Under the pieces are notes generated by a model, which worked only from the letters and a program-made list of their open reading frames with translations, was not told where the DNA came from and ran no database searches. A DNA stretch of 64,000 nt from an uncultured Gemmatimonadales bacterium (GTDB lineage Bacteria; Gemmatimonadota; Gemmatimonadetes; Gemmatimonadales; GWC2-71-9): positions 512,001-576,000 of the forward strand of contig CAVSQW010000008.1 in the NCBI GenBank assembly GCA_963730185.1. Direction: 5' to 3'. Every line of letters begins with the position of its first letter. The stretch's first letter is position 1. The position numbers and the translations under genes were made by a program. Of this stretch, positions 10,539 to 20,570 are shown piece after piece.

Positions 10539-11408
10539 ATGCGTCCCATCCGGGTCGGACCGTCGAAGGGAAGTTCGGGCGGCGATGACGGTTCGCTCGA
10601 TCAGTACCTGCGTGAGATCAGCCGGTACCCGCTGATCGTGCAGGCCGAAGAGGTCACCCTGGCGCAGAGCATCCACCAGGGTGACGAAGAGGCGTTGGAC
10701 AAGCTGGTCCGCAGTAACCTCCGCTTCGTCGTGTCGGTCGCCAAGAAGTACCAGAACCAGGGCGTGTCCCTTTCCGATCTGATCAACGAGGGCAACCTGG
10801 GCCTGATTCGGGCGGCTCACAAGTTCGACGAGACCAAGGGCATCAAGTTCATCTCCTACGCGGTCTGGTGGATCCGGCAGGCGATCCTCCAGGCGCTGGC
10901 GGAACAGAGCCGGATCGTCCGGGTGCCCCTGAACCGGGCCGGCACGCTCCACCGGATCACCCGTCGGAGCTCGGCGCTCGAGCAGGAGCTCGGCCGTCAG
11001 CCCACCGCCGCCGAGGTGGCCGAGGGGATGGACATCGAGGTGGCGGAGGTCGAGAAGACCCTCTCCATCTCCCAGAACCACGTCTCGCTCGACGCCCCCC
11101 TGACGCCGGGCGAAGAGAACCGGCTGCTGGACTACCTGCCCGACACCCAGAACCCCGGTCCCGACGCCGAGACCTTCGAGCACGCCCTCACCCAGTCGAT
11201 CGAAGAGGTGCTCACCACCCTCAAGGAACGCGAGGCCAAGATCCTCCGGCTCTACTTTGGGCTCGACGGCCCGGAGCCGATGACACTGGAAGAGATCGGC
11301 GCGCAGCTCGGGATCACCCGCGAGCGCGTCCGCCAGATCAAGGAAAAGGCGCTGAGTCGGCTCCGCCACGTGAGCCGGTCCAAGGCGCTGGAGAGCTTTC
11401 TGACCTGA
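10539..11408 (+). CDS. RNA polymerase sigma-70 factor (RpoD/SigA-like, lacking region 1.1)
   Basis: DSLDQYLREI-type region 1.2, NLRFVVSVAKKY, DLINEGNLGL, KFISYAVWWIRQ, TRERVRQI. Confidence 0.93.
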   Translation: MRPIRVGPSKGSSGGDDGSLDQYLREISRYPLIVQAEEVTLAQSIHQGDEEALDKLVRSNLRFVVSVAKKYQNQGVSLSDLINEGNLGLIRAAHKFDETKGIKFISYAVWWIRQAILQALAEQSRIVRVPLNRAGTLHRITRRSSALEQELGRQPTAAEVAEGMDIEVAEVEKTLSISQNHVSLDAPLTPGEENRLLDYLPDTQNPGPDAETFEHALTQSIEEVLTTLKEREAKILRLYFGLDGPEPMTLEEIGAQLGITRERVRQIKEKALSRLRHVSRSKALESFLT

Positions 11409-11411
11409 CCG

Positions 11412-11916
11412 ATGGCAGCCGAATCCCAGCTTCGACGTATCGACCGGCGCCGACCTCCAGGAGGTCGACAACGCCGTGAACCAGGCCCTCAAGGAAATCA
11501 GCCAGCGCTACGATTTCAGGGGCACCAACTGCACCATCGAATTCGATCGGGCCAAGGCCGAGATCCAACTGGCGGCCGACGACGAGTTCCGGATGAAGCA
11601 GCTGCTCGACGTGCTCCAGGCCAAGTGCGCCAAGCGGGGCGTGCCGGCCCAGAACCTCAAGATCGGTGACCTGGTCCCGTCCGCGGGGACGTCGGTCCGG
11701 GCCACCGTCTCGTTGACCCAAGGGATCGACGGCGACACCGCCAAGAAGATCACCAAGTCGATCAAGGATCAGGGCTTCAAGAAGGTGCAGGCCTCGATCC
11801 AGGGCGACGAGATCCGGGTCACCGCTCCGTCGCGGGACGAGCTCCAGGCGGTGATCGCCTTCCTTCGCTCGCAGGACTACGGCATCGAGCTCAAGTTCGG
11901 CAACTATCGTGGGTAG
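11412..11916 (+). CDS. yajQ: YajQ family nucleotide/c-di-GMP-binding protein (one frameshift near 11427)
   Basis: SFDV...DLQEVDNAVNQA.KEI.QRYDF, QASIQGD..RVT, F.NYR. Confidence 0.92.
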
Positions 11917-13147
11917 GGCGGTGGCCGCGGTGGCGCTCCTCGCCGCGGCCGGTGCTCTGGGGTGCGGTCACGTCGAGGTCGGCGGCCTGCCCGAAGCAGA
12001 GACCACCGAACCCCTGATCCGGGTCGGCCTGGTGCTGAACGGCGCCGGGCTGACGGTGGGCGGGGGCGAGCCGTTGGTCGTCTCGGGTACCGACGGCGGC
12101 GGCCTCACGGCCATTCCAGGCGGGACGGAGGCGGCGGTCGTCGCCGACGCCGCCGGCCTCGCCGCCCGATTCGGCTCCACCAGCACTCCACCCGTCGCCG
12201 AGCTCACGGTCCGCTCCGCCGACCAGCAGGGGTTCGTGCGGCTCAACGGGCGCGACTATCGCGGGTCCCTCGTGCTGAGCCCGGCCACCCGGGGCGTGCT
12301 GGCCGTCAACCTGGTGTCGCTCGAGGCCTACGTGGCCGGGGTGGTGAACGCCGAGATGGGGCGCCGCCCGGCCGACGACCTCCAGGCGATGTACGCCCAG
12401 GCAGTGGTTTCCCGGACCGTGGCGGTTCGCTCGCTGGGACGCTACCGAATCCGGGGCTACGATCTGGTGAGCACCGTCTCCGACCAGGCCTACGGCGGGG
12501 CGGGAACGGAAACCGCGCTCGGGTGGGAGGCGGTCCGGGCCACCCGCGGCCAGGTCCTGACCTTCGGCGGGGATGTGATCGAGGCGTTCTTCCACTCGAC
12601 CTGCGGGGGACGGACCGAGGCGGTGGAGGATGCGTTTTCGGGCGGGCCCCAGCCCTACCTCCGCTCGGTGTCCGATCGCGACGGGTCGGGGCGTCCCTAC
12701 TGCGCGCTTTCACCCCGGTTTCGGTGGCGGGAGGAGTGGACCGGTGAAGCCCTGGGGCAGAGCCTCGCCGCCAACGCCACCGTCTCCGGGTTGCGCGGGG
12801 TTTCCGGGGCGCCGAGCGGCCTCGAGATCGTCTCCCGGACGGCCTCCGGGCGGGTGGCCCAACTCGAGGTGACAGCCGCCGGCCGCCACTATCCGATCAC
12901 GGGCCAGGCCGCCATCCGGCAGAGCCTCCGGTTGGCCGACGGCGGGATTCTGCGGAGCACGCAGTTCACGATCCAGGTCACCCGGTCTGGGGGCCGGATC
13001 GTCCGATTGGTGGCGGACGGCGGCGGCAACGGTCACGGGGTCGGCATGTGCCAGTGGGGCGCAGTGGGCCGGGCCCGAGCGGGATTTTCCTACGCCGAGA
13101 TTCTGAGTGCTTATTTTCCGGGGACCGAGATCCGCCGACTCTACTGA
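11909..13147 (+). CDS. SpoIID/LytB domain lipoprotein (lytic transglycosylase-like)
   Basis: Lipobox ALGC; LEAYVAGVV.AEM, AQAVVSRT, DQAYGG, FHSTCGGRT, GHGVGMCQWGA. Confidence 0.9.
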   Translation: MGRAVAAVALLAAAGALGCGHVEVGGLPEAETTEPLIRVGLVLNGAGLTVGGGEPLVVSGTDGGGLTAIPGGTEAAVVADAAGLAARFGSTSTPPVAELTVRSADQQGFVRLNGRDYRGSLVLSPATRGVLAVNLVSLEAYVAGVVNAEMGRRPADDLQAMYAQAVVSRTVAVRSLGRYRIRGYDLVSTVSDQAYGGAGTETALGWEAVRATRGQVLTFGGDVIEAFFHSTCGGRTEAVEDAFSGGPQPYLRSVSDRDGSGRPYCALSPRFRWREEWTGEALGQSLAANATVSGLRGVSGAPSGLEIVSRTASGRVAQLEVTAAGRHYPITGQAAIRQSLRLADGGILRSTQFTIQVTRSGGRIVRLVADGGGNGHGVGMCQWGAVGRARAGFSYAEILSAYFPGTEIRRLY

Positions 13148-13153
13148 GGCGCG

Positions 13154-14221
13154 ATGACCGCAACCAGACGCTCCGGCCCCCACGGTCGGCAGACCCCGAA
13201 GGTCAGTGACCCTCCGACCTCCCTCCGTTTGGGGATCGTCGGGGCCGGCGCCGTGGTGCAGGTGGCCCATCTCCCGGTCCTCCGGAAGCTGCGCGGCGTG
13301 TCGATGGTGGCTCTCTGCGACACCGACGTGCCCAAGGCTCGGGCCCTGGCCGAGCGGACCGGAATTCCGGCGGTCTACGACGACATCGAGGAGCTGCTGA
13401 GCACCGAGGCGCTGGACGCCCTCCTGATCGCCACGCCGAACCATCTGCACGAGTCCCATGTGCTCGCCGGCCTGAGCGCCAACGTGCACATCCTGGTCGA
13501 GAAGCCGCTGGCGATGACCTCGAGCAGCGCGCAGAAGATCGCCCGGGCGGCCGAGAAGCGGGATCGGGTGGTGATGGTGGGGATGACCCACCGCTACCGG
13601 CCCGACGTCCAGGCGGTGCGGAGCTTCGTGCAGAGCGGCGAGTTGGGCGAGATCGACAGCGTCCGGGCCAGTTGGCACCAGGCCCGCCCGGCCCGCGCGT
13701 CCCTGGGGTGGCGGCAGCGGAGGAACGAGGCCGGCGGCGGCGCGATGCTGGACCTCGGCCTCACCATGCTGGACCTCTGCTTCTGGCTCTCGGGCAATCC
13801 CCGAGCGGCCCGGGCAAGCTCCAGCCTGACCCGGCCGGGCGGCGACCGCGGGGTGGAGCAGTCGGGCAGCGCGTTCGTGGTCTGCGAGGGCGGATGCTCG
13901 ATCTTCGTGGACGTGACCTGGCGACACATCGGCCAGGGCGAACGGTTCGGCGTGGGGCTTAGGGGCGAGAAGGGGTCCGCCGGCATCAATCCCCTCCACG
14001 TCTGGAAGGAGCTGCACGGCGTCACGCACGACGTCTCGCCGACCGGGACCTCCAGCCGCGAGACGGCGTTCGCCGCGTCCTTCCGGGCCCAGTGGGCCCA
14101 CTTTCTGGCCGCCGTTGCCGGGACGGCAACCGCTCCCTCGCTCCAGGATCACGCCGAAGTGCTCCGCGTGGTCGAGGCGGTGTACCGCTCCGATCAGGAA
14201 GGCCGGGACGTCACCTTGTGA
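13154..14221 (+). CDS. Gfo/Idh/MocA family oxidoreductase
   Basis: GIVGAG, IATPN, VEKP, GGGAMLDLG. Confidence 0.9.
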   Translation: MTATRRSGPHGRQTPKVSDPPTSLRLGIVGAGAVVQVAHLPVLRKLRGVSMVALCDTDVPKARALAERTGIPAVYDDIEELLSTEALDALLIATPNHLHESHVLAGLSANVHILVEKPLAMTSSSAQKIARAAEKRDRVVMVGMTHRYRPDVQAVRSFVQSGELGEIDSVRASWHQARPARASLGWRQRRNEAGGGAMLDLGLTMLDLCFWLSGNPRAARASSSLTRPGGDRGVEQSGSAFVVCEGGCSIFVDVTWRHIGQGERFGVGLRGEKGSAGINPLHVWKELHGVTHDVSPTGTSSRETAFAASFRAQWAHFLAAVAGTATAPSLQDHAEVLRVVEAVYRSDQEGRDVTL

Positions 14222-15492
14222 CGCTGCCGGCTCTCTTGGCGCTGCTCCAGCTCGCGACCGCCGGCGCCGCGTCCCCGCAGGCGACTCCGCACCCGTCGTC
14301 GCCCGATTCGATTCCCGGTGCCCACCTCCGGGTCTTTCTGCTCACCTTCGACCCCGGGCCGGCCGTCTGGGAGCGCTTCGGGCACAACGCCATCTGGATT
14401 CACGATCCCGACGCCGGCACCGAGTGGGCCTACGACTACGGTCGGTTCTCGTTTGGGAACAACTTCTTCTTCAAGTTCGCGATCGGTGATCTCCGGTACT
14501 CGATGGGCCGGGGCGACGCCCGGAGCATCGTCGGATACTACCAGTCCGTGGGTCGTCAGGTCTGGCTCCAGGAGCTCGATCTCGTCCCCGCGGCCAGGGC
14601 GGAGATGCGGCGGTTCTTCGAGTGGAACTGGCAGCCGGACCACCGCGAATACGAGTACAACTATTATCTCGACAACTGCTCCACCCGGCTCCGCGACGCG
14701 ATCGACCGGGCGGTCGGTGGGCAGCTCCGCCGGTTTGGTGACTCGGTGCCGAACGGGATGACCTATCGGGACGAGACCCGGCGTACCACCGAGAACAACC
14801 TCGGCGTCTATACGGCGCTGATGCTCGGCCTCGGGCAGCCGGTGGATCACGCGCTGAGCGCGTGGGAGGCGATGTTCCTGCCGATCGAGCTCCGGCCCTA
14901 TCTCGACCGGCTCACGGTCCGGGATCCGGACGGGCGGGTGCATCCGCTGGTCCGGGAGGAGCGGGTGCTCGCGGCGAGCGACAAGTTCGCCGTCGCGGAG
15001 CGGCCGACTCCGTACACGCGGCGATTTGCGATGGTCGGACTTCTGCTCGGGTTGGGGATGCTGGCGGCGGGCCGTTGGAGTCGGGAGTCGCGGGTGGGAG
15101 GCCGGGTCTTCGCGGTGGCGGCCGTGGGCTGGTCGTGGCTGGCGGGTCTCGGTGGGCTGATGCTGCTGTCGCTCTGGGCCTTCACGGCCCACCGGTTCTC
15201 CTACTGGAACGAGAATATCCTCCAGCTCAACGTCGTCTCCCTGGTCCTGGCGCTGGCCCTACCGAGAGCCCTTCGTCACCCACCCGCGGTTCAGGGGGCG
15301 GCTGGTCGGCTGGCCTGGACCATCGCGGCCATCTCGGCGGCCGGGCTGGCGCTCAAGGCGCTGCCGCCCTTCTACCAGGCCAACCTCGACATCATCGGGC
15401 TCATCGCCCCGATCCACCTGGGGCTGCTCGCCGGGCTCTATGCCGCCCGCCGGCCCGGCGTCGAATTGCTCATGAACCCCGCAACCGCTTGA
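14218..15492 (+). CDS. DUF4105/Lnb-like membrane protein
   Basis: Signal peptide, FGHNAIW, YDYGRF, YNYYLDNCSTR, FLP motifs and 4-5 C-terminal TMs. Confidence 0.8.
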   Translation: MTLPALLALLQLATAGAASPQATPHPSSPDSIPGAHLRVFLLTFDPGPAVWERFGHNAIWIHDPDAGTEWAYDYGRFSFGNNFFFKFAIGDLRYSMGRGDARSIVGYYQSVGRQVWLQELDLVPAARAEMRRFFEWNWQPDHREYEYNYYLDNCSTRLRDAIDRAVGGQLRRFGDSVPNGMTYRDETRRTTENNLGVYTALMLGLGQPVDHALSAWEAMFLPIELRPYLDRLTVRDPDGRVHPLVREERVLAASDKFAVAERPTPYTRRFAMVGLLLGLGMLAAGRWSRESRVGGRVFAVAAVGWSWLAGLGGLMLLSLWAFTAHRFSYWNENILQLNVVSLVLALALPRALRHPPAVQGAAGRLAWTIAAISAAGLALKALPPFYQANLDIIGLIAPIHLGLLAGLYAARRPGVELLMNPATA

Positions 15493-16171
15493 GCCCCTCC
15501 TGCGCCTCGGTGTACTCCGGGAAGGCGCTGATCGCCTTGCTGTAGAACTCGATCGCCCGGGCCTTGTCCCCCTTGTCCTGATAGAGCAGGGCGCGACTGT
15601 AGAGCGCGAGCGCTTCGGTGGGCACGTCGCGCCCGCGGGCCGCACGCGCTTCCGCCGCCGGCAGGGACGGTAGCTTGGTGCCTTCCATGACCCGGTCGGC
15701 GACCGACTGGATGATTCGGAACATCTGCTTCCGGTCGGTCAGCTTGGGGTCGCTCCGCACCACCTTGATGATCTCGCTCGTCTCCACGTCGATAATCCGC
15801 GCGTCGATCCGGAAGTCGCCGTAGAGGTCGATGAAAGTGCCGGCGATCATGTATCGAGCGCCGACCAGCTTGCCGACCTTGGCCGCCGTGGCCGCATCCA
15901 CTCGCTCGGCCGTCGCCAGATTCTGCTCGTCGAGCACCTGCTGGAGGCGGTCCCGATCCACCAGCCGCACGGCGGGATTCCGGCTCAGCTCGCTCATCAG
16001 CATCGCGGCGATCCCGCGGCGCAGGGCGTCGAAGTCTTCCTTGTCCTTGCCGTAGCTCCCGCCATTCTCGAAGGGCAGGACCGCCATGCCGGGACGGGTA
16101 TCCTGGGCCACGAGCGGCGCAGACGCGAGCAGCGCCAGGCCGACCAACACCATCTGAGCGCGTTTCAGCAT
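15470..16171 (-). CDS. Exported CsgG/HfaB (FlgO-like) domain protein with a C-terminal TPR
   Basis: Signal peptide, AVLPFEN, LVDR..L..VL.EQ.L, A.KVGKLVGA.Y...G, ARIIDVET; SD GAGGAGG. Confidence 0.8.
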   Translation of the reverse strand: MLKRAQMVLVGLALLASAPLVAQDTRPGMAVLPFENGGSYGKDKEDFDALRRGIAAMLMSELSRNPAVRLVDRDRLQQVLDEQNLATAERVDAATAAKVGKLVGARYMIAGTFIDLYGDFRIDARIIDVETSEIIKVVRSDPKLTDRKQMFRIIQSVADRVMEGTKLPSLPAAEARAARGRDVPTEALALYSRALLYQDKGDKARAIEFYSKAISAFPEYTEAQEGLKRLRGS

Positions 16172-16338
16172 CGAGTTTCCAGCCTCCTCACAAGTGAGGG
16201 TCGTTCCCTCCGTGGCCGCCCTCGGCGCCGGCGAGCCGGTCACGGTCTCCGGTGGCGCGAGCCTCGTGGCGCGTAGGTTCAGCCCCACCGGCTTCGGACT
16301 CAAGGTACATAGCGTCGGGCACGTGCGGGTGGTAGCGG

Positions 16339-16401
16339 TGCAAGAAGCGTACGAGCCTCGCTCGATCAGCGGTTTCGGGCCAAGCTGATAACTCCTTGCG
16401 T
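16339..16401 (-). promoter_or_regulatory. Candidate sigma-54 -24/-12 element plus an IHF-like site upstream of the CsgG-like gene
   Basis: Minus strand CTCGTACGCTTCTTGCA (16355-16339) versus consensus YTGGCACGRNNNTTGCW, with one G of the GG dinucleotide changed; TAACTCCTTGCGT (16389-16401) partly matches IHF YAANNNNTTGATW. Confidence 0.35.
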
Positions 16402-16583
16402 CGCAATTAGATGAGAGACCTCGCCCAAGGCCGGATCCCAGGACAGAGCCCCGCTTGGGCCACCGGATTGCCATGCCGGGATGACAGTGACCTCGAATTG
16501 GGACGCCGTGTCAGCCGGTTCGATTTCGGCCACGGGCGGCGCCGCCGTCAACGGCCGGAGCGGCACCGGAGGAGCGGTCTGGT

Positions 16584-17261
16584 CTAGGCGCGCTGGGCCG
16601 CCAGGCGGAGCTGGTCGTGGTCCTTGAGCACGATCTCGCGACGGCTCACGGTGATGGCGCCCTGGACCACGAGGCTCCGCATGGTGCGGGAAACGGTCTC
16701 TCGGCTGGCCCCCACCATTTGTCCGATCGTGGCGTGGGTGAGCTTGCGGGTGATCCGCTCGCCACCCTCCTCGCGGGCGAGCTCGAGCAGGAGACTGGCG
16801 ATTCGCCCGTTCACGTCGAGCAGGGCCATGCCGGTGATGGTCTCGTCGGCGCGGCGGAGTCGGCGGGAGAGCTCCCGGAGCAGCGCGATGGCGAGGTCGG
16901 GGGAGCTCCGCAGGCGGGCCTGGAAATCCTCGCGACGGAGCTGGAAGAGCACCGCCTCGGTCATGGCGATGACGTGGGCGGAGCGGGGCTCGTCGTCGAG
17001 GAGGGCCATCTCCCCGAACACGCCGCCCCGGGTCAGCACCGAGAGGATCACCTCCCGGCCGTCTTCGCCGAAGACCGCGACTTTGACTTGCCCCTCGGCG
17101 ATGACGAACAGGGCGTCGCCGGGGTCGCCCTGGGAGAGGATGATGCCTCCCCGTACGTAGCGCCGTTCCCGCGTCAGCCCGGCCAGGGCCTGGAGCTGGC
17201 CCTCGTCGAGGTGCTGGAAGAGGGGCACGGACCCGAGCACCTCGGCGGCGGCGTCAGACAT
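16584..17261 (-). CDS. Crp/Fnr family transcriptional regulator (cNMP-binding)
   Basis: FGEMALLD..PRSA cNMP pocket; GASRETVSR HTH. Confidence 0.93.
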   Translation of the reverse strand: MSDAAAEVLGSVPLFQHLDEGQLQALAGLTRERRYVRGGIILSQGDPGDALFVIAEGQVKVAVFGEDGREVILSVLTRGGVFGEMALLDDEPRSAHVIAMTEAVLFQLRREDFQARLRSSPDLAIALLRELSRRLRRADETITGMALLDVNGRIASLLLELAREEGGERITRKLTHATIGQMVGASRETVSRTMRSLVVQGAITVSRREIVLKDHDQLRLAAQRA

Positions 17262-17435
17262 GGCGGTCTCCTTGGCCCGACCAGCATAGGGAGCCGGGCC
17301 GGAGTGGGCAAGGGCCAGGCTCTCGCTCCCGGCGGTCTGGGCGGCTTGCTCGGCGGCCCGGCGATCGCTAGATTACCGGGCTACGCCGGCAGCATTATGT
17401 CCTTGCCGGGCAACAGTTTGAGCGCGGGAGTCAGG

Positions 17436-17660
17436 GTGAAGGCGAATATCCATCCTCAGTATCGGACCATCTCGGTCCAGTGCGCGTGCGGTAACACGTT
17501 CGAGACCCGGACCACCGCGGCGTCGATTCACGTCGAAGTGTGCTCGGTCTGCCACCCTTACTTCACGGGCAAGCAGCGGCTGGTGGACACGGCCGGCCGG
17601 GTCGATCGGTTCCGCCGCAAGTATGCGGGCATTCCGGCCGCCGGAGCCACCAAGGAGTAA
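17436..17660 (+). CDS. rpmE: 50S ribosomal protein L31 (zinc-ribbon type)
   Basis: [32 protein letters not shown]. Confidence 0.96.
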   Translation: MKANIHPQYRTISVQCACGNTFETRTTAASIHVEVCSVCHPYFTGKQRLVDTAGRVDRFRRKYAGIPAAGATKE

Positions 17661-17663
17661 GCC

Positions 17664-18729
17664 ATGGAAGCCCGACTCCGCCAGGCGCTGGCCCGGGCGG
17701 AGGAGGTCGCGGAGGCGCTGGCTCGCCCGGACCTCGCCAAGGACCCCGCCCAGTTGACCGCCCTTGGGCGCGAGCACGCTCGGCTCGCGCCCATCGTGCG
17801 TTTGGGCGAGCGTTCGTCCGCCTGACCCGGGAGCTGGCCGACGCCCGCGAGCTGGCTGAGTCCGACGACCCCGAGCTGGCCGAGCTGGCCCAGGCCGACG
17901 TCGACCGGATCGAGGCCGACCTGCGACGGATCGGCCCCGAGCTCGAAGAGCTGCTCGTTCCCCGAGACCCCCTCGAAGACCGGAGCGCCATTCTCGAGAT
18001 CCGGGCCGGGACCGGCGGCGACGAGGCGGCCCTCTTCGCGGCCGATCTGCTCCGGATGTACACCCGCTTCGCGGAGCGGCACGGCATCACGGTCGAGCCG
18101 ATCGCGCCTGAGCGAAGGGGCGCTCGGCGGGCTCAAGGAGGCCATCGTCGCGGTTGACGGGGCGCGGATGCGTTCGGCCTCTTCCGGCGCGAGTCGGGCG
18201 TGCACCGGGTGCAGCGGGTGCCGGCCACCGAGGCCCAGGGGCGGATCCACACCTCGGCCGCGACGGTGGCGGTGCTGCCCGAGGCCGAAGAGGTGGACGT
18301 CGAAGATCGAGCCGCAGGATCTCAAGATCGATGTCTTCCGGTCCTCGGGGCCCGGGCGGGCAGAGCGTCAACACCACCGACAGCGCGGTCCGGATCACCC
18401 ACTTGCCGACCGGGCTGGTGGTGATCCAGCAGGACCAGAAGTCGCAGCTCCAGAACAAGCTCAAGGCGATGGAAGTGCTGCGGGCCCGGCTGCTCGATCG
18501 CATGGATGGCCGAGCAGGAGGCCGGGCGGGCCGGCGAGCGCCGCGCGATGGTGGGCACCGGCGATCGTTCCGCGAAGATCCGGACCTACAACTATCCCGC
18601 AGAGCCGGGTGACCGACCACCGGATCAATCTCACCCTGTACAACCTGGCCGAGATCATGGATGGCCGACTCGACGACTTGGTCAAGGCGCTTCGGGTCGC
18701 CGAGCCGCGAAGAGGCGAGTGCGGCCTGA
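17664..18729 (+). CDS. prfA: Peptide chain release factor 1, split by several frameshifts
   Basis: [25 protein letters not shown] (PxT), [28 protein letters not shown] across frames. Confidence 0.93.
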
Positions 18730-19588
18730 GGCTCCGGGCGGTGACGGCGCCGCCCTCGGCGACCTGGTCCGGGCGGCCGCCGACCGACTCGCGGCGGCCC
18801 GACTGCCCGATCCCCGGCGGGAGGCGCTCCGGCTCTTCGCCGACCTCCTCCAGGCCACCCCGGCGGAGATCGCGATCCGGGGCGATCACCGGCTGGATGC
18901 CGAACGCGCGGCGCTGCTGCTGGAGCATGCGGAGCGGCGAGCGCGAGGCGAGCCACTCGCCTACGTTACAGGGATTGCGGGCTTCCGGCGCCTGATTCTG
19001 GCGGTGGATCGGCGGGTTCTCATTCCGCGTCCCGAGACCGAAGGCCTGGTCGATCGGGTGCTGGGACTGAGCTTGGTGGGGTTGGCGGTGGACGTGGGGA
19101 CGGGAAGCGGATGTCTGGCGCTCTCGCTCCGACAGGAGGGCGGGTATCGGGGGGTGGTGGGGGTGGATCGGTCGCGGGAGGCGCTGGCCGTCGCGGAGGG
19201 CAACCGCAACCGACTCCGACTCGAGGTGGAGCTCGTGGCCTCCGATCTGGTGAGCGCGGTGGGTGAGGCGACGGTGGACGTGTTGGTGTCCAATCCGCCC
19301 TACGTGAGCGAGCCCGAGATGGTGGAGCTCGAGTCGGCGGTGCGCGATTACGAGCCCCGTCAGGCGCTGGCGAGCGGCGCCGACGGGCTGGAACATACCC
19401 GCCGACTCCTGGCCGAAGGTTGGTCGCGGGTCCGGCCGGGAGGGTGGGTGGCGATGGAGATCGCGAGCCAGCGCGCTCGCCAATCGGCGGAGGTGGCCCG
19501 GGCCGCCGGGTGGACCGACGTTCGTATCGACGAGGATCTGTTTGGGCGGGCCCGCTATCTGATCGCCCGCCGGGGAGACGAGAGATGA
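18719..19588 (+). CDS. prmC: Release factor glutamine methyltransferase
   Basis: [27 protein letters not shown]. Confidence 0.95.
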   Translation: MRPEAPGGDGAALGDLVRAAADRLAAARLPDPRREALRLFADLLQATPAEIAIRGDHRLDAERAALLLEHAERRARGEPLAYVTGIAGFRRLILAVDRRVLIPRPETEGLVDRVLGLSLVGLAVDVGTGSGCLALSLRQEGGYRGVVGVDRSREALAVAEGNRNRLRLEVELVASDLVSAVGEATVDVLVSNPPYVSEPEMVELESAVRDYEPRQALASGADGLEHTRRLLAEGWSRVRPGGWVAMEIASQRARQSAEVARAAGWTDVRIDEDLFGRARYLIARRGDER

Positions 19589-19938
19589 TCGAGGAGAAAG
19601 CGACGGAGCTGGGACGCCTGATCGGGCAGTCGAACGAGTATCAGACCCTGCGGCGCGCCGAGCAGGCCCTTCGCCAGGACACCGACACGGTGGCCAAGCT
19701 GGATACGATCCAGAACCTGGCCAAGGAGATCGATGCGTCGGTGGCCCAGGGGAAGATGCCCGAGGAAGCCACGACCCAGACCTACGAGGAAGCCATCCGC
19801 GACCTCGAGACCAGCCCGGTGGGCCAGGCGTACGTGGTGGCCCGGTCGAACTTCGACAAGCTGATGGCGCGGGTCAACCAGCAGATGAGCGTCGGGATCG
19901 AGCGCGGCGCGACGAGCAACATCATCACGCTCGGGTGA
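19585..19938 (+). CDS. YlbF/YmcA/YheA (Com_YlbF) family protein
   Basis: I.EKA.ELG..I..S.EY start and an all-helical 117-aa protein; ATGA overlap with prmC. Confidence 0.7.
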   Translation: MIEEKATELGRLIGQSNEYQTLRRAEQALRQDTDTVAKLDTIQNLAKEIDASVAQGKMPEEATTQTYEEAIRDLETSPVGQAYVVARSNFDKLMARVNQQMSVGIERGATSNIITLG

Positions 19939-20570
19939 TGGCCGGGTTCTTCCTGGTGCTGGAGGGGCCCGAGGGCGCCGGCAAGTCCACCCTGGCCCGG
20001 GCCCTGGCCGATCGGTTCCGGTCGACCGGGGTCGAGCCCGTGGTGGTGCGCGAGCCGGGCGGGACCCCGGCCGCCGAGGCGCTCCGGACCGAGCTGCTGG
20101 ACGGGAACCGGGCCTGGACCGCTGAGGCCGAGGCGCTCTACATGGTCACGGCGCGAGCCGATCTGGTCGCCCGGGTGATCGGCCCCGCTCTGGCGGCCGG
20201 CAAGGTGGTCATCTCCGATCGATTCGATCACTCGACCCGGGCCTACCAGATCGCCGGGCGCGGGTTGCCGGCGGACCGGGTCGAGTGGATGAATCGGGCG
20301 GCGACCGGCGGCTTGGCGCCCGACCTGACCCTGATTCTCGACTTGGGCGCGGCGGTGGGGCGGGCCCGCCAGTTGGCGGCCGGCAAGACCGGCGACCGGC
20401 TGGACCGGGAGTCGGCCGAGTTCCACGAGCGGGTGGGCCGGGCGTACCGGGCCCTCGAGGGGCCGGGGATCGTGCACCTCGACGCGAGTCGCCCGCCGGA
20501 CCAGGTGGTCGAGCTGGCCTGGCGGTCGGTACTGGCGGCCCGCCCCGACTGGGTGGAGGCGAAGCGCTGA
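19938..20570 (+). CDS. tmk: dTMP kinase
   Basis: LEGPEGAGKST, REPGGT, SDRF..S..AYQ, PDLTLILD. Confidence 0.95.
   Translation: MAGFFLVLEGPEGAGKSTLARALADRFRSTGVEPVVVREPGGTPAAEALRTELLDGNRAWTAEAEALYMVTARADLVARVIGPALAAGKVVISDRFDHSTRAYQIAGRGLPADRVEWMNRAATGGLAPDLTLILDLGAAVGRARQLAAGKTGDRLDRESAEFHERVGRAYRALEGPGIVHLDASRPPDQVVELAWRSVLAARPDWVEAKR

Noticed and set aside
16188..16310. 40-aa upstream ORF (MYLESEAGG...) ending at the SD of the CsgG-like gene
   Set aside because: No SD, no recognisable features, and a length expected by chance at this GC; cannot be supported without conservation data.
16190..16330. c-di-AMP or c-di-GMP riboswitch (GGGGCTGAAC resembles part of the ydaO motif)
   Set aside because: The other conserved segments of these aptamers are not present.
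17664..18729. Programmed frameshifting in the release factor gene
   Set aside because: This is RF1 (PxT motif), not RF2. There are several shifts, no CTT-TGA slippery site, and neighbouring regions show the same indel noise.
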